A DNA stretch of 64,000 nucleotides, taken from the NCBI RefSeq assembly GCF_026571515.1, contig NW_026855218.1, forward strand, positions 62,001 through 126,000. The letters are read 5' to 3'. The stretch's first letter is position 1, and the number at the start of each line of letters is the position of its first letter. The notes under the pieces are model-generated. The model saw only the letters and a program-made list of their open reading frames with translations. It searched no databases and had not been told where the DNA came from. This document shows, one piece after another, positions 47,093 through 62,950 of the stretch. This DNA is from Ruditapes philippinarum (lineage: Eukaryota). The translations under genes and the position numbers were made by a program.

Positions 47093-47960
47093 CATTTTTT
47101 TACATGTATCCATAATTAATGTGACATAAAACAACCCTAAGTAAATTTTGGTTTATATCATTCCAATATGCCCTTACATCTATATAATGATTGTAAATTA
47201 AACATTTAACATAATGAAGTCTACAATTAAAAATTTAGTTTAGCATTGTCTCTATTACTGTTACTTTTAACAATTCTCTTTCACACTGTATTGAATGGCT
47301 ATCAATTTCAAAATACCGCTACATGGTCAGCAAGATTATCAGCCCAATTTCTCACTCCTGACTGAGTCTCACCACTCCTCATGGTGTCCATATGCGAGGT
47401 ACCATGAAACGGTGGAGACATCAGAACACATTTAAACTATGTACATGCACCAGCCACAAAAAGGCAGTAATACGCATCAATGCTGTCATTAATCTAGATA
47501 ATCCAATCTATGTAGTTATGGCTGCTTACATGTATGGTCTGCAATTTCGTGCATAAAATAAAAGGATCCTTTGTGAAAAAGGACAAGTCAAGACTTTCTG
47601 TGTAGTTATTCTGGGAAACAGCTAGAGCTTAATACCATGCTTTTTTCTCATCCTGGGAAAGTCTACTGAAGACATTTCATCCGTTGACTCCTAACATATT
47701 TCCTGCTTTGGCAATGTGAATATTTTTTAATGACAATAATACTAAATTAATAAGATTTAAACCTTCTTGCTGAACTTTTAAGCAATTAAATGTCTAACAA
47801 ATCTTTAATAACTATAAAAAAGCATTGACTCATAATTTAAAAAAATGAAGGAATAAAATTTAATACATTAAGGAAATAACATATTATTTACTGAAAAAGT
47901 ACTATCTATTTTATTATTTATGAAAACGATAATGAAAAAAAAAAGAAAGAAAAAAGAGTT

Positions 47961-48026
47961 CATGATCAAGGTTTAAACTCAATTCTCCTGGGTGAGAGGC
48001 TCCCATGCTACCACTGAGCTAATGCA
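47961..48026 (-). repeat. tRNA-derived relic (not a functional tRNA)
   Basis: Minus reads TAGCTCAGTGGTAGC (A box) ... GAGTTTAAACC (degenerate B box); stems do not pair. Confidence 0.5.
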
Positions 48027-51000
48027 ACATTCCACCATGTTATGACATCATTTACAAGTAGTTTTACATATACATCTATGCAGACGATGTGGAGTTATAG
48101 AGTTTAAATACTCTAATACAGTATTTTTAAATTGTTTTGAGACTTGCAATCATTTTATTTTCACAAAGTAAATTGAATTCTTTTAATCTGCCTTTTAAAA
48201 AGACATGAAAACCTATTAATCACTGTGCAGTTGTTTTTGTTGTTGTTGTTGTTTTTGAGGGCAAAAGAAAAGTAGGCTATTCAGCAATAAAATAGCCTGA
48301 ACAGCATAACTTCTTTCAATGAATCAATAAAATTACATAACAACACCTTGCTAATTCTATGAATGAAATATTTATGGCATAAACATAATTTCAGCATTTC
48401 TTTATAAACGTTTACATTTAATTCTTTTAACCTGTCAGAGTTTTGTTTACAACCGTTATGTACAGTGGAAACCGTCGAACTCGTACCAAAACTTCATCGT
48501 ACTCATTTTAGTGAAAGTGCCTTTAATTTACTAGAAATGATTTTCCTGCAAACATTTATTAAAATATATGTTATGAATCATATTTCAACAACTTAGAACA
48601 AATATTAATAATGTTGAGTGCAATATACATGCTCCATGGTTTGCATTTAATGAAATAAATGTCAGAAAATGACGTTTAGATATTAGATAAAAATCTAATT
48701 TTGGAATAGAGCACAGGCAAGCCCCAACTTTATATTGATAAAGTTGAAGCCTTTGATACATTACAACACAATGTGTAATGATTTTGTTGGGGCTCGACTG
48801 TGCTGATACTTTAATTTTCGTTTAAAACACAAAAATACGTGAATTTTCCTAATTTTGCTGGAAATAGGGGTATTTCCATAGAACATAAATCATACTAAAT
48901 GTAAACATATGTCTATAAATTCATATGTTTTTAACAGTTTAAGGATTGAACTTATAAATAAAACCTAAAAACAAGAACTTTGCATCAAATTATTTTTTGC
49001 CAAAATCTTGGGCAAAAATCCATGGTTAGTGAACCTAGCTCTTTAATCAGGATATCTTAGGATGCTTGAGATTAAAAAAAAAAAAACAATCCATACATTT
49101 AATATAATGAAATTTTGTCTGTGTTCATTAACCAGACTGACTTATCTAACCATTCTCCCCCTTTCCTCAGACAGTTATTCTTTTTGCAAATGAAAATATC
49201 AAATATGCTGACTAATATGTCAAGTTACTTAGACAGACAATGTCTTACTTAACGAATAATTAACTTTCAATTAACTTTGACTTTAATATGATAAAAACGC
49301 CACGAATCAGGACCATATGCAAACACGTCTAATGCACCAACTCGATTAATCCCCATGATGTATATGCATTCATTGTAATTCCTTCATCAGCCGTAAATAA
49401 TTGAAAAGAAACTCACTATTAATGTTGTCTGTCCCGTGGTTAAATATACATAAAATAATAAATAATTATGTCTCTAGTCTTGACGATGTGATTGAAAGAA
49501 ATATATTTTTATGAATATTTTGATATTTCTTGATAAATACAGTCTTGATAAAATAATCCATTGACTTTAAATTGCTTTTATTACATGATATTTGTTATTG
49601 ACATAGAAGAAATCGGTATGCTTCTTAAGCCCCTTTAACTGTTAGGTTTGGCTAATCGCATACATTTTTAACACGGTTATTTCGATGATAATTCAAATAG
49701 GTAAGTATAACTCGCATCATCCTTAAAATGACCACACATCTATATTACTAGTAACACCACGTGATATTTATTGTACCAAAGAAAATGAGAAGTAAATTTT
49801 TTGATCCCTAGATAATCTGTATCCTCAAATTTATCAAATAAATTACTCCTTTTTCTTTAAAAGAAACTAAGCACATATCCAAGAAACTCTCTTTATATCA
49901 GATCAAATTAATAATCGGTAATTACTTCCACAAAAACTTCTTCGTCGCATTAAAACCGAAATTTATTATATTTCTTTTAACATTGTGATCGGATGTTTGG
50001 TTATTAATGTAACGTGAAGCTCATTTCACAAAACACAAAATATCTGTAACTGACTTGCAGACCTTCCTGTTCTGTTTCTTTGACATTTTGTTGGCCATAT
50101 CTTTGCGGTCGATTCACCTTATCTAATCTGCTTTCCTAGATAACAGTAATAACAAATTTCTCAGTCTTTGGATATTTTATGCAGATCTATATTTTATCCT
50201 GAACATTTTTTTTCCCAAATCACCTCCTGGCCAATCACCAAATACCAGTTAAGTATATAACAGTCGGTCTTTTGAAATAAACAGTGGCTTAAGCTCAACA
50301 TGGCAATTCAAACTTTGTGATAATGCCAATGAAAGGTAGATTGTGAGGAAAGATTGCAGCCGGCTTATGTGACCTACTCTCAGGTCCTTTTCCAGGAACC
50401 AACTATTGTATTGACAACTCTTTGGGGAACAATGACGAAAATGATAACATTTTTTACCGGGATTTCATGTCATAAATTGTGACAACAGAAACGTTTGTCC
50501 TTTATTATCATCTAACCCTATGAATTTCCATATGTTGTAGAACAACAGGCTGACTATCTCATTATGATTATATGTAGACGTTAATATGTTCTGTTTAATT
50601 CATGGACACTCGAGGTTAGGGTGAGGCATTATTGCAGCTGGTTGACAATTCTATCAAATCTTGCCTCCAAAATTAGAATATCTAAATGTCTGCCGTTTAA
50701 TTAAACACACTTAGTGATGTTCATGACACAAATTGGTACTTACCAATTAGATAAAGAATGTTTGGATGGCTTTATAATGTATTCCTCATTTTTCAAGATT
50801 TGAAACGCTTACAAATGAATGTAATTTGATTGTCAAATTGTACGAAATATTTTATGTATTCATATCTGATTTACCAAAGGCAGTGTTTTTAAACAATGTA
50901 CATTATGTTGTCTCAGTTACTTTAATTTAATTTGTTAATATATCATATCAGTCCATGTTTTGAAGACAAATTAAATGAATCGAATAAATAACTAATTTTA

Positions 51001-54000
51001 TATCCAGGTAGATGCTGATAAGTTATCATATTAGCGTCTTTGTCACACATGATGATAAGTAAATTCGAACGACGATCGAGAATTGTTTAAAATCAGGGCA
51101 TGACACATTTCAAATAGTCTTAGAGATAAATATTTATGTAATATAGTTTCAACTGATTTTACATTAATGCAACTTTTCAAAAAGAAGTTATTTTATTAGT
51201 ACAAGATTAAAGTACATGATGACATCATATTTTCAGTAATAATTTCCAAAATAGTTTTTTTTGATAAATTAATAATTTGATACTTGTTGTGTTAAGGAAA
51301 CAAACTTGAAATAAATGTATTTTCATTGTTTAGCCTAAAATGAATATTAAAATGTTCTTTACAATTCTTAATAAAATATATTACATGTATATCCCCATGA
51401 CTTAATTTAAGATAAACAGTTAATTTCATTGAAAATGTTATTGTTAGTACTTGAAACGCCTCCCTCATTTATGATCCTTTGGGTGCCTTTGCTTTTTAGA
51501 TAGTGTAGGTGCTGCGTTGTATAAACATTGCTCTACCGTTTTGTTTTTGTTTTCACTTTTATTGTCTTTGTAATACTTGATGCTCTTTTTACAGTTTTAA
51601 ATTAGACCACGACTATATCACACTTTTTCATTTTTTTAACTAAACTTATAATTATACTTTACTTCATAAAAATATCTTTATAAACCAAACAGTGAGTTGT
51701 TTTTTAGGTATGTTTCCTTTTAAAATGTATGCCTTTTCTGTTGAAAGAATGCATTGTCCATTAATTCTTACGGAACTAGAATAAGAATTATAGACTAAAC
51801 CACAGCATATCGCCTTCTTATTGGTTAAGCCGTAGTGTTTATTCATCTGATGTCTTCATGTTAATGATCTGTTACATAAGAAAATAAAAAGTCAATAGTG
51901 TCTGGCAGATGATGTAAACATCAGAAAATATATCTCGCTACTTTACATTAGATGCCAATACAGAGTTTGAGAGTTTACTTTGCTGGAAAATATGACATAT
52001 AGAGACAACACATTTTAAAACTTACCATTCCCTGTTCTTGTTTCACACTTAGCATCTGATAAAAGTGCATTTTTAAACACAGGAGTAACGATGGATAAGG
52101 CCAGTCATATGTTCTGGCATTATAACGCATGGCTGAAATCTTACTACATTCATTTTGTTTAAATTATGAAAAAAGTGTATACTTCGAAACATTTTTGTTG
52201 TAAATAACCGTATATGCGAGTAATCAATTCATTGCTTATACATTTTACAGAAGCAATCTAACGTGTAAATAAAAAAAAATAAAAAATGATGAATTAATTT
52301 TGATAGAACTTCAATTCATAGATTAATTTTCGCGCACATTCTTAAAATATAACGCCCCCTCAACATTAAATAAACACTTATCTAAAGCCTCTTGCGCAAT
52401 CACTTATATGTGTCAAATCAAAAGATGTTAAAACACAGTATCGATCGTTGCATAAGATAGAATGGTTCTCACTACATTAATTTCAGACAAAAATGTTCTC
52501 AGCAGCAGAGAGTAAAAAATGGCAAATCTGATCTGGAAAATGAATCAGGGAAATGTTTAATGCAGGAACACTAGTTTAATACCAACAGTTTATTGTAGAT
52601 TTTGAAAAGAATTGCCATCAACGGAACAAGAGTCACAAAAATACATGAGGTTAACTACGTCATTTTAAAAGTGAACCATTGTTCATATTACATTGTAATT
52701 ACATTTGACATAATACAAAAACTGTTGCAGTCTTCAATTGTAAAGTTTTTTTTTCAGTAATCTATTGAAATGATCAACATACTTAAGAATTTAATAAAAA
52801 TTAAAACACTCTTTTGTGTTCCGTACAAGGTTTTTTACCTATAAATATTTGTATTTCCTTTTCTAATAAAATGTGTAATAAAATTGAGTGAAAACTTCCA
52901 ATTTAATGGAAATGGTAATCAATATACATATCAAATGCTTTCAAAAGGAAGATGTCAATTTTGTACATATTCATACAAATCATAATTCTGTCATTTAATC
53001 ATTCAACATATGCAACGAATTAGGACATTTTAAACCATAACGACATTTGTATAATTAACATAAGTTAAACAATGTTTCTTTAAGCATACTGTTCATGTGT
53101 TATTCCATGTAATACCTTCTATAAATAAAGTTATAAATAAGGTCATATAACAACAATAAATCGAACGTTTCCTTGGAAATTAAACAGACGCCAGAATAAT
53201 GATTGTTCCTATAAAATTTTAAATATACTTTAAACAAACTTTAGCTCTTTGATTGAATGCAGTGTCTATGACAATACAAACACAACACTTCAACCAGAGT
53301 AACACAAGCAAACAAAGTGTACCATTCTCAAATTGATGTACAACGAAGTAAGCATATAAACAGTAGTACAATATTTTGATACTGCTATTATCAAGACTTG
53401 TCTTTCGGGAAATAGACTTAAATCGTTTTGAAGATAAAAAATCATGGAAAGGTAAAATTAATGTTACCAAATCAAAATCAACTTAAGAACTTTTCAGCAA
53501 TGGAGAGAAAATGACGTATTTAAGCCTTAAAGTGATATACAGGAAAAAAAGAAAGATTTCTTCATTCTGAATTTGTCATTCAATGTTTTGTTTATGACCT
53601 TCAAATGAAAACATTAACCAGTCCCTGGATAAAAAAATTGTCTCCCTATCATGAGAAAAGGGTTTATTTGATAACCTGACCCACGCGATTCATGTTAGAA
53701 TTTAATTTTTCGCTCAAAATATCGCAGTGAACTATGGGACCGTTAAAGTAATGTCAAGTGATCGACCCAGACTTGTTTCAAACTTACACTATCTTGCCAT
53801 GCTTGTTTTTGTATATGTAACTTCCAAAACATGCTCTTGTCACATGACGTGTTTAAATATAACTTATTTATAACTTAAAATATAAAAAACCGTCAAGATG
53901 CCTGGAATTTTAAAAAAAAATACCATTTAAAATGTGGTTTGAGTAAAAAAGATCAATTTAATGTTTTTGCCATACATTTGCCTGTGTATTTCTTTAACAT

Positions 54001-57000
54001 ATGAAAGTACAGCCTTGTTGTCTCACAAGTATTATATGTATCTTATTATAAAATACCTTCAATAAAATGACCCGATGAAGTGTATTATATACATTTTGTG
54101 GTTGTCTTTAAAATTTTCTTAATTTTGTAAAATATTTACTTTAATTTTCCGTATCCATGCAATGTTTTGCACTTGTTTGCACAGTGTACCAAAACCAGTT
54201 AAGATAATATGGCACCGAAACAGGAAAGATGATTTTGGCAAACCTCGGGTGTTACAAACTCCAAAGCAAAAACTTCGGTAAAAACCAGCTCATCTGCTGA
54301 GACTAACAGATGCGTAGACTTCGGTACTTGAACCAATTTAGCTGTGTCTTCCTATACCTTAATCCTTATAGGCAAAACCTCAGCTGGAAGGGGTTTTTGT
54401 TTGCACAACGCCAAAGTATGTTTAAGGAGACATCTTTCCAAAACATTCAAAACAAACACTCATGAATCCTTGAAACGATATTTGCGGGTGAACCTTACAA
54501 GCATCAAGGCGTAAATCTACGCTTACAAAAAAGATAGGCAGGTATTTACGTAAGGACGTTTAATTCGAGGTAAAACCAATCTGTTTGAGATAAATTATGG
54601 TCTTCTGTTTCCGATATAAATGTCCATATATAGAAGCTCGAAGAGATACACTTTATCTCGTATTTATCTCCTACACTAGGTTCATTTTGAAATTCATGTT
54701 TAACACATAATAATCAATGCTTAAACTCCCTGCTGAAACGGAATATTATGATGGTTAAAAAGTAAATTTTAAATTATACTAATTGAATTATCTTGAAATC
54801 TCTGTGATAAAACATATGTGCATATCAGGTATACATATCGATAAATAGACAAAATGAAATCGAGCCTGAATCATTGTCTATTATGCCGTTTTGTGCGTTC
54901 TTTATGGGAACCATTTTCTATATTTTACAACATTGAAGAAATTGTGATGGCATATTATGTTAAAAGTGATGCAAGTGATCAACATACATGTATTTCAAAC
55001 ATTTGTGCTAAGATGCAATGCTCAATAAAAATATAATAAAAGTGCAAGAAATATATATTTTAACAAAACCTGTAGAAATGAAATGATGGCAAATCGGCCG
55101 TTTACAATTTAATACAACATGCAAGTATGATCTCTAATATAAATAAAATGCAAAACAGATGTGTTTTTGGCCAAAACGGAATACTACTCGTTTCATTTCC
55201 CTAATATCTTTTTCATAAATAACTTGTATGACAAGGCGTATTTTTTTGAAAGCACTGGTCAAAACATTTTCTTTTTTCCCTAAATGTCGGCTCCGACATT
55301 TTACGAGAAATACCGTCTATTTAAAAAAAAGAGTAGTTCCATTTGTGCAAGTACTGTACTGAATCTAATAACATGTTATATTATGAGACAAAAAGTAACT
55401 TCCATCGATACTGTCTGCATGATGATATCAAATTCAGAAATTATAGCTGTCTTGTTTAGATAAGATATCTAGTATACATTTAAAATGTCTGCTACGAAAG
55501 TAAATCACGACAGATGCAAATTATTAGCCAATATTTCTCGTAGAATGCACATCTTAGGTAATCATGTATAATTTATTATAACATAAATGTTAAAAAGTGT
55601 TTTAAGGAAAATTTCTTTTAAAAATTCAAATCCTTTATCAAGAAGCTGAGAAATATTGCATGTGTATTTAACCATATTTTTATTCTCGTAACGGCAAAAT
55701 CATTAGTTTATCGAACAATCTCTTATTAAACAAAATTAACTTATTGAGTTGTTCACAGGAATCTGCGGGGGAAAAGTCAGAAAAATATTATCGTGAACTT
55801 TGGCATCTGCAATTGCCTTGCGGGCTGCTGAAAGAGTAGTCAAGGTAACCACGGGCTACTCTTATACCTTTAGCCTTCTCCTTTATCACAAGCCCTTTGT
55901 CATTAAAATGCTTGCACACAACCGTTGAGAACTTAAGGTAGGTTTGAGATTGTTTGGAAAGTGTTAACAAATATGTTATGGAAAGAACTGCTTGTTCTAA
56001 GTAATATCTTATGCGGTTTCTTTCTAACTTCGTTTCTGAAGCCAATGTCAAGTGCTTTATATTTCCGTTAAGAAGAGAACGAAAGTTTTCTAAATAGGTC
56101 TAGTTCAGAGATTTTTTTACAATCGGTCGCTAGCAGACAAAATTAAAACTTAGAAATTGAGCTCGGTACAAATGTATGAAGATATGTGTTAGAGAAATAG
56201 TTCTATTTTACAAAGGTTATTCACGTGCGGATTACCTTTCACATGTCATGTATATATCCATATAAGATATACAATCAGCTAAACGATTTAAACAGACTGA
56301 ATGTAAAAGTGTTATCACAAATGAATCGGTCTTCGCTATTTAATAAGCTCTAATTCTACGAAACAAGTCAATTAAATAAGTCAAGGTGTATCTCCGAAAA
56401 TGATAGAAATACCAGTAAATGATAGAAATATCCAGCTGCAAGCTTAAGCAAACTGACAAATTTTTATTAAAGCACGGCCATGTGCCTTACATAGAATTGT
56501 CAACAAAACAGGTACATGTATATTCAAATATTTAAACTATATATTACATATCATATTATTATCTGTTGTTATATATTATGTAGCTTAAATTTTAAAAAAT
56601 TGGATGCATGATACGTCTTTCTTAATTTTGAAACATTATAATCACTAGCAAAAGAAAGTCTGGTCAGAAGAAAACATTTTGCTGTAGTAAAAGTTTATTT
56701 TTAAGACATATCTTTTTGTCTTTCTTGACGCTTTTCATGAGCTGCCATAAACATCTCTTCCAACTGTTTGCACACTGCTTGTATAAACTTTTTAATGGTT
56801 TCTGAATCAAAAGTACTCTTCATTTATTTATCTTTTACTTTGAAAGTGTACACGATGGTTTGAATATTTACAAAGCACTTCATTTTCTATAAAACAATGA
56901 TTACATTGAGTACATGTTTTATTTGACCTTTGTGTGTGTCTAGAACATAATTTCTTCTTATCAATAACTGGCGATGCAATTGCCTTTGAGAGGAATTTCA

Positions 57001-57539
57001 TTAGTTAAAATAAAAACAACTAAAATTTATTTTTTAACTTCTACATAAATTTACATTAGTACAACATCTATTTACAATATATCTTTTTTTTAAACAATTA
57101 ACAAATAACAAAATAAAATAGTGTGTCTTATAAATTGAAACATACATATATATATGACATTTTTTCCCCTCAAGCATTTTCTAAAAAAAAATAAGAAGGC
57201 ATGGCTCTTGAAAGTCATCAGATTAAAAACACCACAATTAAGAAACATTGACATTTTCCGTATGGAAAACTTACATTAAATTAGTTCCATATATTTAGTC
57301 TATAAATTATAAAAACTTCATGTGGAACATTTTTCACAGTAATTACAACTCTTGCTAATCGTCTCACACAAGCCAGAAAATAGGAATATATCAATAATAT
57401 ACTTTTCAACACAAACCTTCTTTAAAACAATTATTACAAAAACGTCATGACACTGTGGACTACTTTTTGAATTGTAAAACCATTTTACCACGAGAACACA
57501 GGATTCATTTGTTTATAGTTATATTTGAAATCCGCACAT

Positions 57540-57860
57540 AAAACAACCACTTCCAGAACAGCTACTATCACCACTGATACTAATACCGCTATTGCTCCTA
57601 CTGTCACCACTACTTCAACTAAAACTACCACTCATACAACCGGCGCACCTCACCACATTTACTACTACATTTACTACCACCGCTACTACTACCATTATTA
57701 TACCACCATTACTACTTAATACCACAACTACCACTACCACAACTACTACTACAACCATCATTAGTTAACTCTAACTACCACATATATCACCGGCGCAACC
57801 ATCCCATTAATACTACTACCAACATTCGACTACTTTCACCATTACTGTAACTGTAAGTAA
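57540..57860. repeat. Degenerate (ACT/ACC)n low-complexity tract
   Basis: ACTACTACC-type triplets with phase shifts. Confidence 0.8.
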
Positions 57861-58849
57861 TACTAAAAAAGCAACGCCGTCACAATTAATATTGCTTCCA
57901 TTAAATAAATAACAATAAATGAAAAAAGAAATATCTCACCAACGCCATCCACTGTGACAGTAATAAAAAACTTAATATTCAAACGATTTCTATTTTGAAG
58001 CAAAACAGACAATTGCATGTAAGAGAGAAAGCTGTTCCTATCTTTATACAAAATCTACAAGTATTTGTATTGAATGAAAGTAATTAGGCTCATATCAAAG
58101 GAAGCTTGTCGTGAATGATATCAGATCAGTGAATATAAATCCTCAAAATCTCTCTTCTTTGCATTGGTTTTGACGTTTATTAAGTTTCTGCAAATGCAAT
58201 GACGGAATTACTTTGGTTTCTGTCATCATTTTGCAAGATCTTGTCAAAGGAATTTAAATTTTTTCAATTTTAAGACTCCTAATCAATAAATGGAAATAAA
58301 AATATCAGGAAATGGGCAAAACAATCTGAATCAATAAGGCATAATTATGATTGCAACGTTCATCGTTATTTTCAAGTTTTTGAACAAATTCGAGAGATAA
58401 ATTTATATTCTTGCAGTCTGCTTTATGACTGAAAATCTTACTTTAATTAATACGTTTTTAGTTGACCTTTAAATAACTTTTTCAGTTGGATAATATATTG
58501 TGGATAAATACTTTACTGGAACGGAAATAATTATGAAAACAATTACGCGAAATTTCTACCTTAAGAAATTTTAAATAAAATGAAATGAAATCCCAGGCAT
58601 AAAATATAAGGTTGCTAGATTTGAATTAACTTACATATCCCGAAGTAAGTTCAAAACCCGCAAAGAGCGATAAATCTAGTATGTGGCGAATCTATCATAC
58701 TTGATTGTAGCCACTCAAATATGTAAAACATGCCAGCTTTCTGAACATTTGTCAGTTATGTCTTAGTGAACTAATAAATGCTTGCGAAAAAATACCAGAT
58801 GGCTTTAAAGTGAAGAAGTTAACTTTAATTAATAAAATGGAAATTTGAA

Positions 58850-59159
58850 AGTTGTATGCCTCCAGATGAGTCAAACTATTTCGGGAAAGAGTTTAAGAAA
58901 AGTAAAAGATTCTAGATTAAAGTAAGAAGTTACATGTAATGTGCGATAGATGACTGATTTTGCCATATTCATTACCATATGTCTACTGGTTTACTTACAC
59001 GTTAAGGGTCATTTGTGCATATGTTAGTCTATTTTAATTGGTAATTCATATTGATTTTAGGTGCCATTGGCAATGTGTAAATCGCTTAACAATATTTTAC
59101 TTTTAAATACATTTTTAAAATGTTCGTGAAAATATACATAAATCTAGAGTCACGCTGCT
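58850..59159. mobile_element. Diverged inverted copy of the 45694..46039 MITE
   Basis: AGTTGTATGCCTCCAGATGAG...ATCTAGAGTCACGCTGCT|TTAA; internal match to the reverse complement of the 45.7-kb copy. Confidence 0.7.
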
Positions 59160-59977
59160 TTAAAGTTCTCCTGAAAACGCCAAAAATGGTGACTATAAAC
59201 ACTGCTATAAGCATTTGGTAAATAACAAAATTATTATGACCAACCTATAATAATACATTTTTATTTTTTTTTTAAATTTTTGATTCATAATAGTAAATCT
59301 ATAAGATATTAAACAACAGTCTTGTCCCTTGTGACAGCAAACTTACAGACAAATATTAAAATTTATGATATTCATTATATAGTAAGAATAGCTGATAATG
59401 TAAATTAAGTCCTGATAGTAAAGGTAAATGAGTTCAAAAGGGGATAAATGCTTTTATAAATGACAAGTTTAATCGGATTTCTAAGGCAATCGTAACATTA
59501 GATTCTATTTTAAACAAGAAATGTTTATTTCCATACAATATATGTGTCACAATCCAACAAATCCGTCAAGAATTTATGTTCATTACTTAGTTATGCATAA
59601 AAATCCGTATCAGAGTTCAGAACAGGTTAAATGGAACATAACATTATAATTTTGCCTGGAACTGTATGTATAATTATGATCGACAAGATACACTATATAA
59701 TCGATTCTCGAATATATAACGCCATTTTTGTTGTCAGTACAAAATTGTCCACGCTGAATTTGAAATACATTTCTTTTTGAAAAAGATTATTTCCATTATT
59801 GGCGTACATTATTTTTTAAGGTAAAGTTAACTTTCATTAAGAAAGTCCATTAATTGCATCGTGTTAACCATTTAGAATTATATTACTTAGGAAAAAAGTC
59901 AAAAATTCCTCACAAAAATCCACGTTTCTCATATTAACTTCAAACAAAACAAGTATGTAAAATTATACATTTATTTT

Positions 59978-60117
59978 TCTTGTTGTCCTAACAACGCTTC
60001 CAAGGTCATATGGCTACTTTAGAGACTAACTTGTTGAGCAAAGACCTACGGTGCCCCTCTGTGCATCATTTTAGACAGGAGAAAACACCTGAGTAGAAAC
60101 AATAACCTACCGTATAC
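59978..60117 (-). mobile_element. 3' half of the tRNA-derived SINE
   Basis: GGTCATATGGCTACTTT...GGTGCCCCTCTGTGCATCATTT...CACCTGAGTAGAA is the reverse complement of the 7820..7920 core. Confidence 0.7.
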
Positions 60118-62206
60118 TTAAGTGAACATTAAAATATCAAATATTACGAATTTATTTCATGACAATGTGTTTGAATTTATTGCTAAATGAAATGTAACCA
60201 TATTATCAGCTTATGAGTCTATCTGCTATCAACATATAATATTATACGTATAAACAGTATTTACTTTAATATCATATTTGTTAACATTTATGCATTTCCA
60301 AGGCTTGTTGCGTAAAAGAAAAATAACAATTATCAATGGATAAAACGGATAAACGTTTTGGTGAAATAGACACCATCTTATAATTTTACATTGTGGTGTA
60401 TTGCCAGACAAACCTCATGCCGCATTGCTTTCCTTTTCAACATATTCAAAATAATTATGATTCGTTGCTAGATAAAAACAAACGGTTTTGTCTGATCTTT
60501 CAAATAGTTCCATTTAATTGAAACTGTGTTACAACTTGAATTATACGATATCTTCTTCATGATTCACGCTTAGTCACCTTTACTGTTTTGCGTGAAAGAA
60601 TTACTTATTGAATCTTTGGAATAATGTTTTGTAGACAGTGCATTGTAAAAACATGTATTTTACCCCAAGCATGTCGGTGGCGTATGGATATAGCCATGCG
60701 CCTGATCATGATCTGCACTGTTCCGTTTCATTCAGTCCATACCATTTTATTACATTATGTTGTTTTTTGATGTTTTATTTGGTCTTTTTTGCATCATTTT
60801 CTATAATATAATACTTACTGTTTACAAACGTTGTTCTGCAAAGCTTCGGTGATTTACATTATACATGATAATCATGACATTTTTGTTATAAATCAGTTAC
60901 TTGCTAGATGCATAGTAGAGGATATATAAATTGGTGTAAATGCCAGAATAGGGTAAAACCTAAACATTATGTCAATAATTTCTGCCAATATATATACATA
61001 TGTTTAACTCACGAATAAAATAAAGCAGATAATATGTGCACAATACCTAATTCGGTTTATTGATATCAATAAGAAATGTATATTTAATAGTATTAGTATA
61101 AACTACATGAAATTTAACATAGCTCTAACTTGTGAACAAAGATACTTGTGACAGATGTCATCCAACAACATAAGTTTCACGATCAAGTTTGTTAAAGAAA
61201 GAATCGCATAATAAGATGTGAAACTTAGCTTAGTAAAATTGCATGTTATTTTCATATTTATAAAAGTAAAATCTTTCCTAGTTTGATATGCATTTTGTAA
61301 ACATATTGACCAAACTCAAAGCAACTGGATAAAATGATCCCTTTATATGCGAATCACCTTACACTCCTACAAACGGTGTCAGTTGGAAGGATAAAACATG
61401 GAAATTAAAATAAAGCTAAATAAACAACTTTGTAAATGAATATTACTATACTAGCTGAAGTTCATGAAACCCCGAGACAGTATTCGAAAAAATGAACGCA
61501 GCAAAGAATGTGTTTTTCTAAATCTTTTGATGCCATCTTATACTTGTATAACATGCACGTGAATAATTTCCATCGGTGTATTCATTTTGAGATCAAAAAT
61601 ATAAGTAAAGAGATGAATATTGTTTAGATTAAACAGCGCGCATACTTTTGATTTTGCATCTTATTTAAATAAGAAATATATATTTTCTGGTTATATAATC
61701 TGTTCCCAGACGGAATCAATAAAAGTTTGCATACACTTAAACAAACTTCTCTGAAACGACTGGAACCTAAATGCACATTAAGCCTGAAATACTATTATCT
61801 CTCTGAGGGAACAGCAAATTAGTACTTCTAATATATAAATTATAATGTTTAAATCATTAACAGTTTGTCAAAATGCTTATCACGTTAATAAAGTTTTGAG
61901 AACAAAACCATGAGCTTTAACAAACACCAGAACTGTTTTTGCGCAGAATATTTCCTTACATAAAAAACTTAAAAATACTTTTGAAAAAAGAATGTTTTGA
62001 AAAGGGGAAAAAACGTGTTTTTGTCTAAGCAGATAAAGTTAATTTTTTGACTGCTGTTTGAAAATGTGATAAAATAGAGTAAAACAGAATCCTTAAAGAA
62101 ATTCCAACACAACAAAATTGAAAATGTTGCAGGCTCGGTTTGATTGAGCCTGTTCATGGACGGTACTGGAAAGTGCAAGTTACCGTCAACGCCCCCTAGC
62201 ACCGGC

Positions 62207-62420
62207 TTAAGCAGAATTCAACATTTAACACGAAAATGGTGAAATTTTGAATTTAGAGACATCCACAGATGTGTTCACACGGCAGTTATCATGGAACCTT
62301 CAATGTGACACAGTAGTGCCATTCCATGAAAAGCGCGGCATATGATACATAAGTTGTGTCTCTAAAGTTGTATAAAATTGCCCCGTTTTGTACGTTGCTC
62401 GAAACATCTGCAGAGTGTTA
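62207..62420. repeat. Degenerate foldback (palindromic MITE-like) sequence
   Basis: TTTAGAGACA...TCATGGAA pairs with TTCCATGA...TGTCTCTAAA. Confidence 0.55.
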
Positions 62421-62635
62421 AATTGATTGTTTAAATATAATAATTTGATATTTATTTTCTCATATTATTTTTCGTGTTCATTTATCATTTAACTTCTGAA
62501 AGTTCTTAGACTAGAACATTATAGTTTATGAATTTCTGTATAATAACCAATTAATATTTAAAATTTGATGTACATTTTTTTCAATGCAACGTACAAGGAA
62601 ATATGTTTAATCGCTTATACATGTATCTATATAAA

Positions 62636-62950
62636 AACAACATGCCTCCAGGCCCATGCTATTTTTCATAAAAAAATAAAAATGCATTTAAAAGTAAAAT
62701 ATTGTGAAGTGAAATAAGTAGTTTACATATTGCAAACGGCATTTACAATCCACATATATTACCAATGCCATTTTTTTTTGTTTTGTTTTTTTACTCCTCG
62801 GAGCGTTAGACAAAACCACGACAAAGCGACAATTCTATGCAGTATTTACGCACATGACTTGAAAATTATTTCTTGAATCTTGAATCTTCTAACTTTTTTA
62901 CAATTTAATCACATTCTCCTCAAGTTTGATTTTCTTGAAATGTTTGGCAT
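62636..62950. mobile_element. Decayed copy of the 45694..46039 MITE family
   Basis: CATGCCTCCAGG...ATGCTATTTTT start and CTCAAGTTTGATTTT near the end match the 45.7-kb copy. Confidence 0.5.

Noticed and set aside
43669-48026. Possible tRNA genes (A/B boxes at 43669..43732, 44045..44100, 47961..48026)
   Set aside because: Cloverleaf stems do not pair; repeat-derived relics.
47100-57000. Moderately GC-richer patches (~47330, ~50050-50450, ~54230-54450, ~55760-56050) as host exons
   Set aside because: No recognisable protein motif or consistent splice-bounded frame; could be regulatory DNA but cannot be supported from sequence alone.
57525-57719. Thr-rich ORF resembling a mucin exon
   Set aside because: Triplet phase shifts (Thr run turns into Tyr/His run) and no clear splice sites; treated as a degenerate microsatellite.
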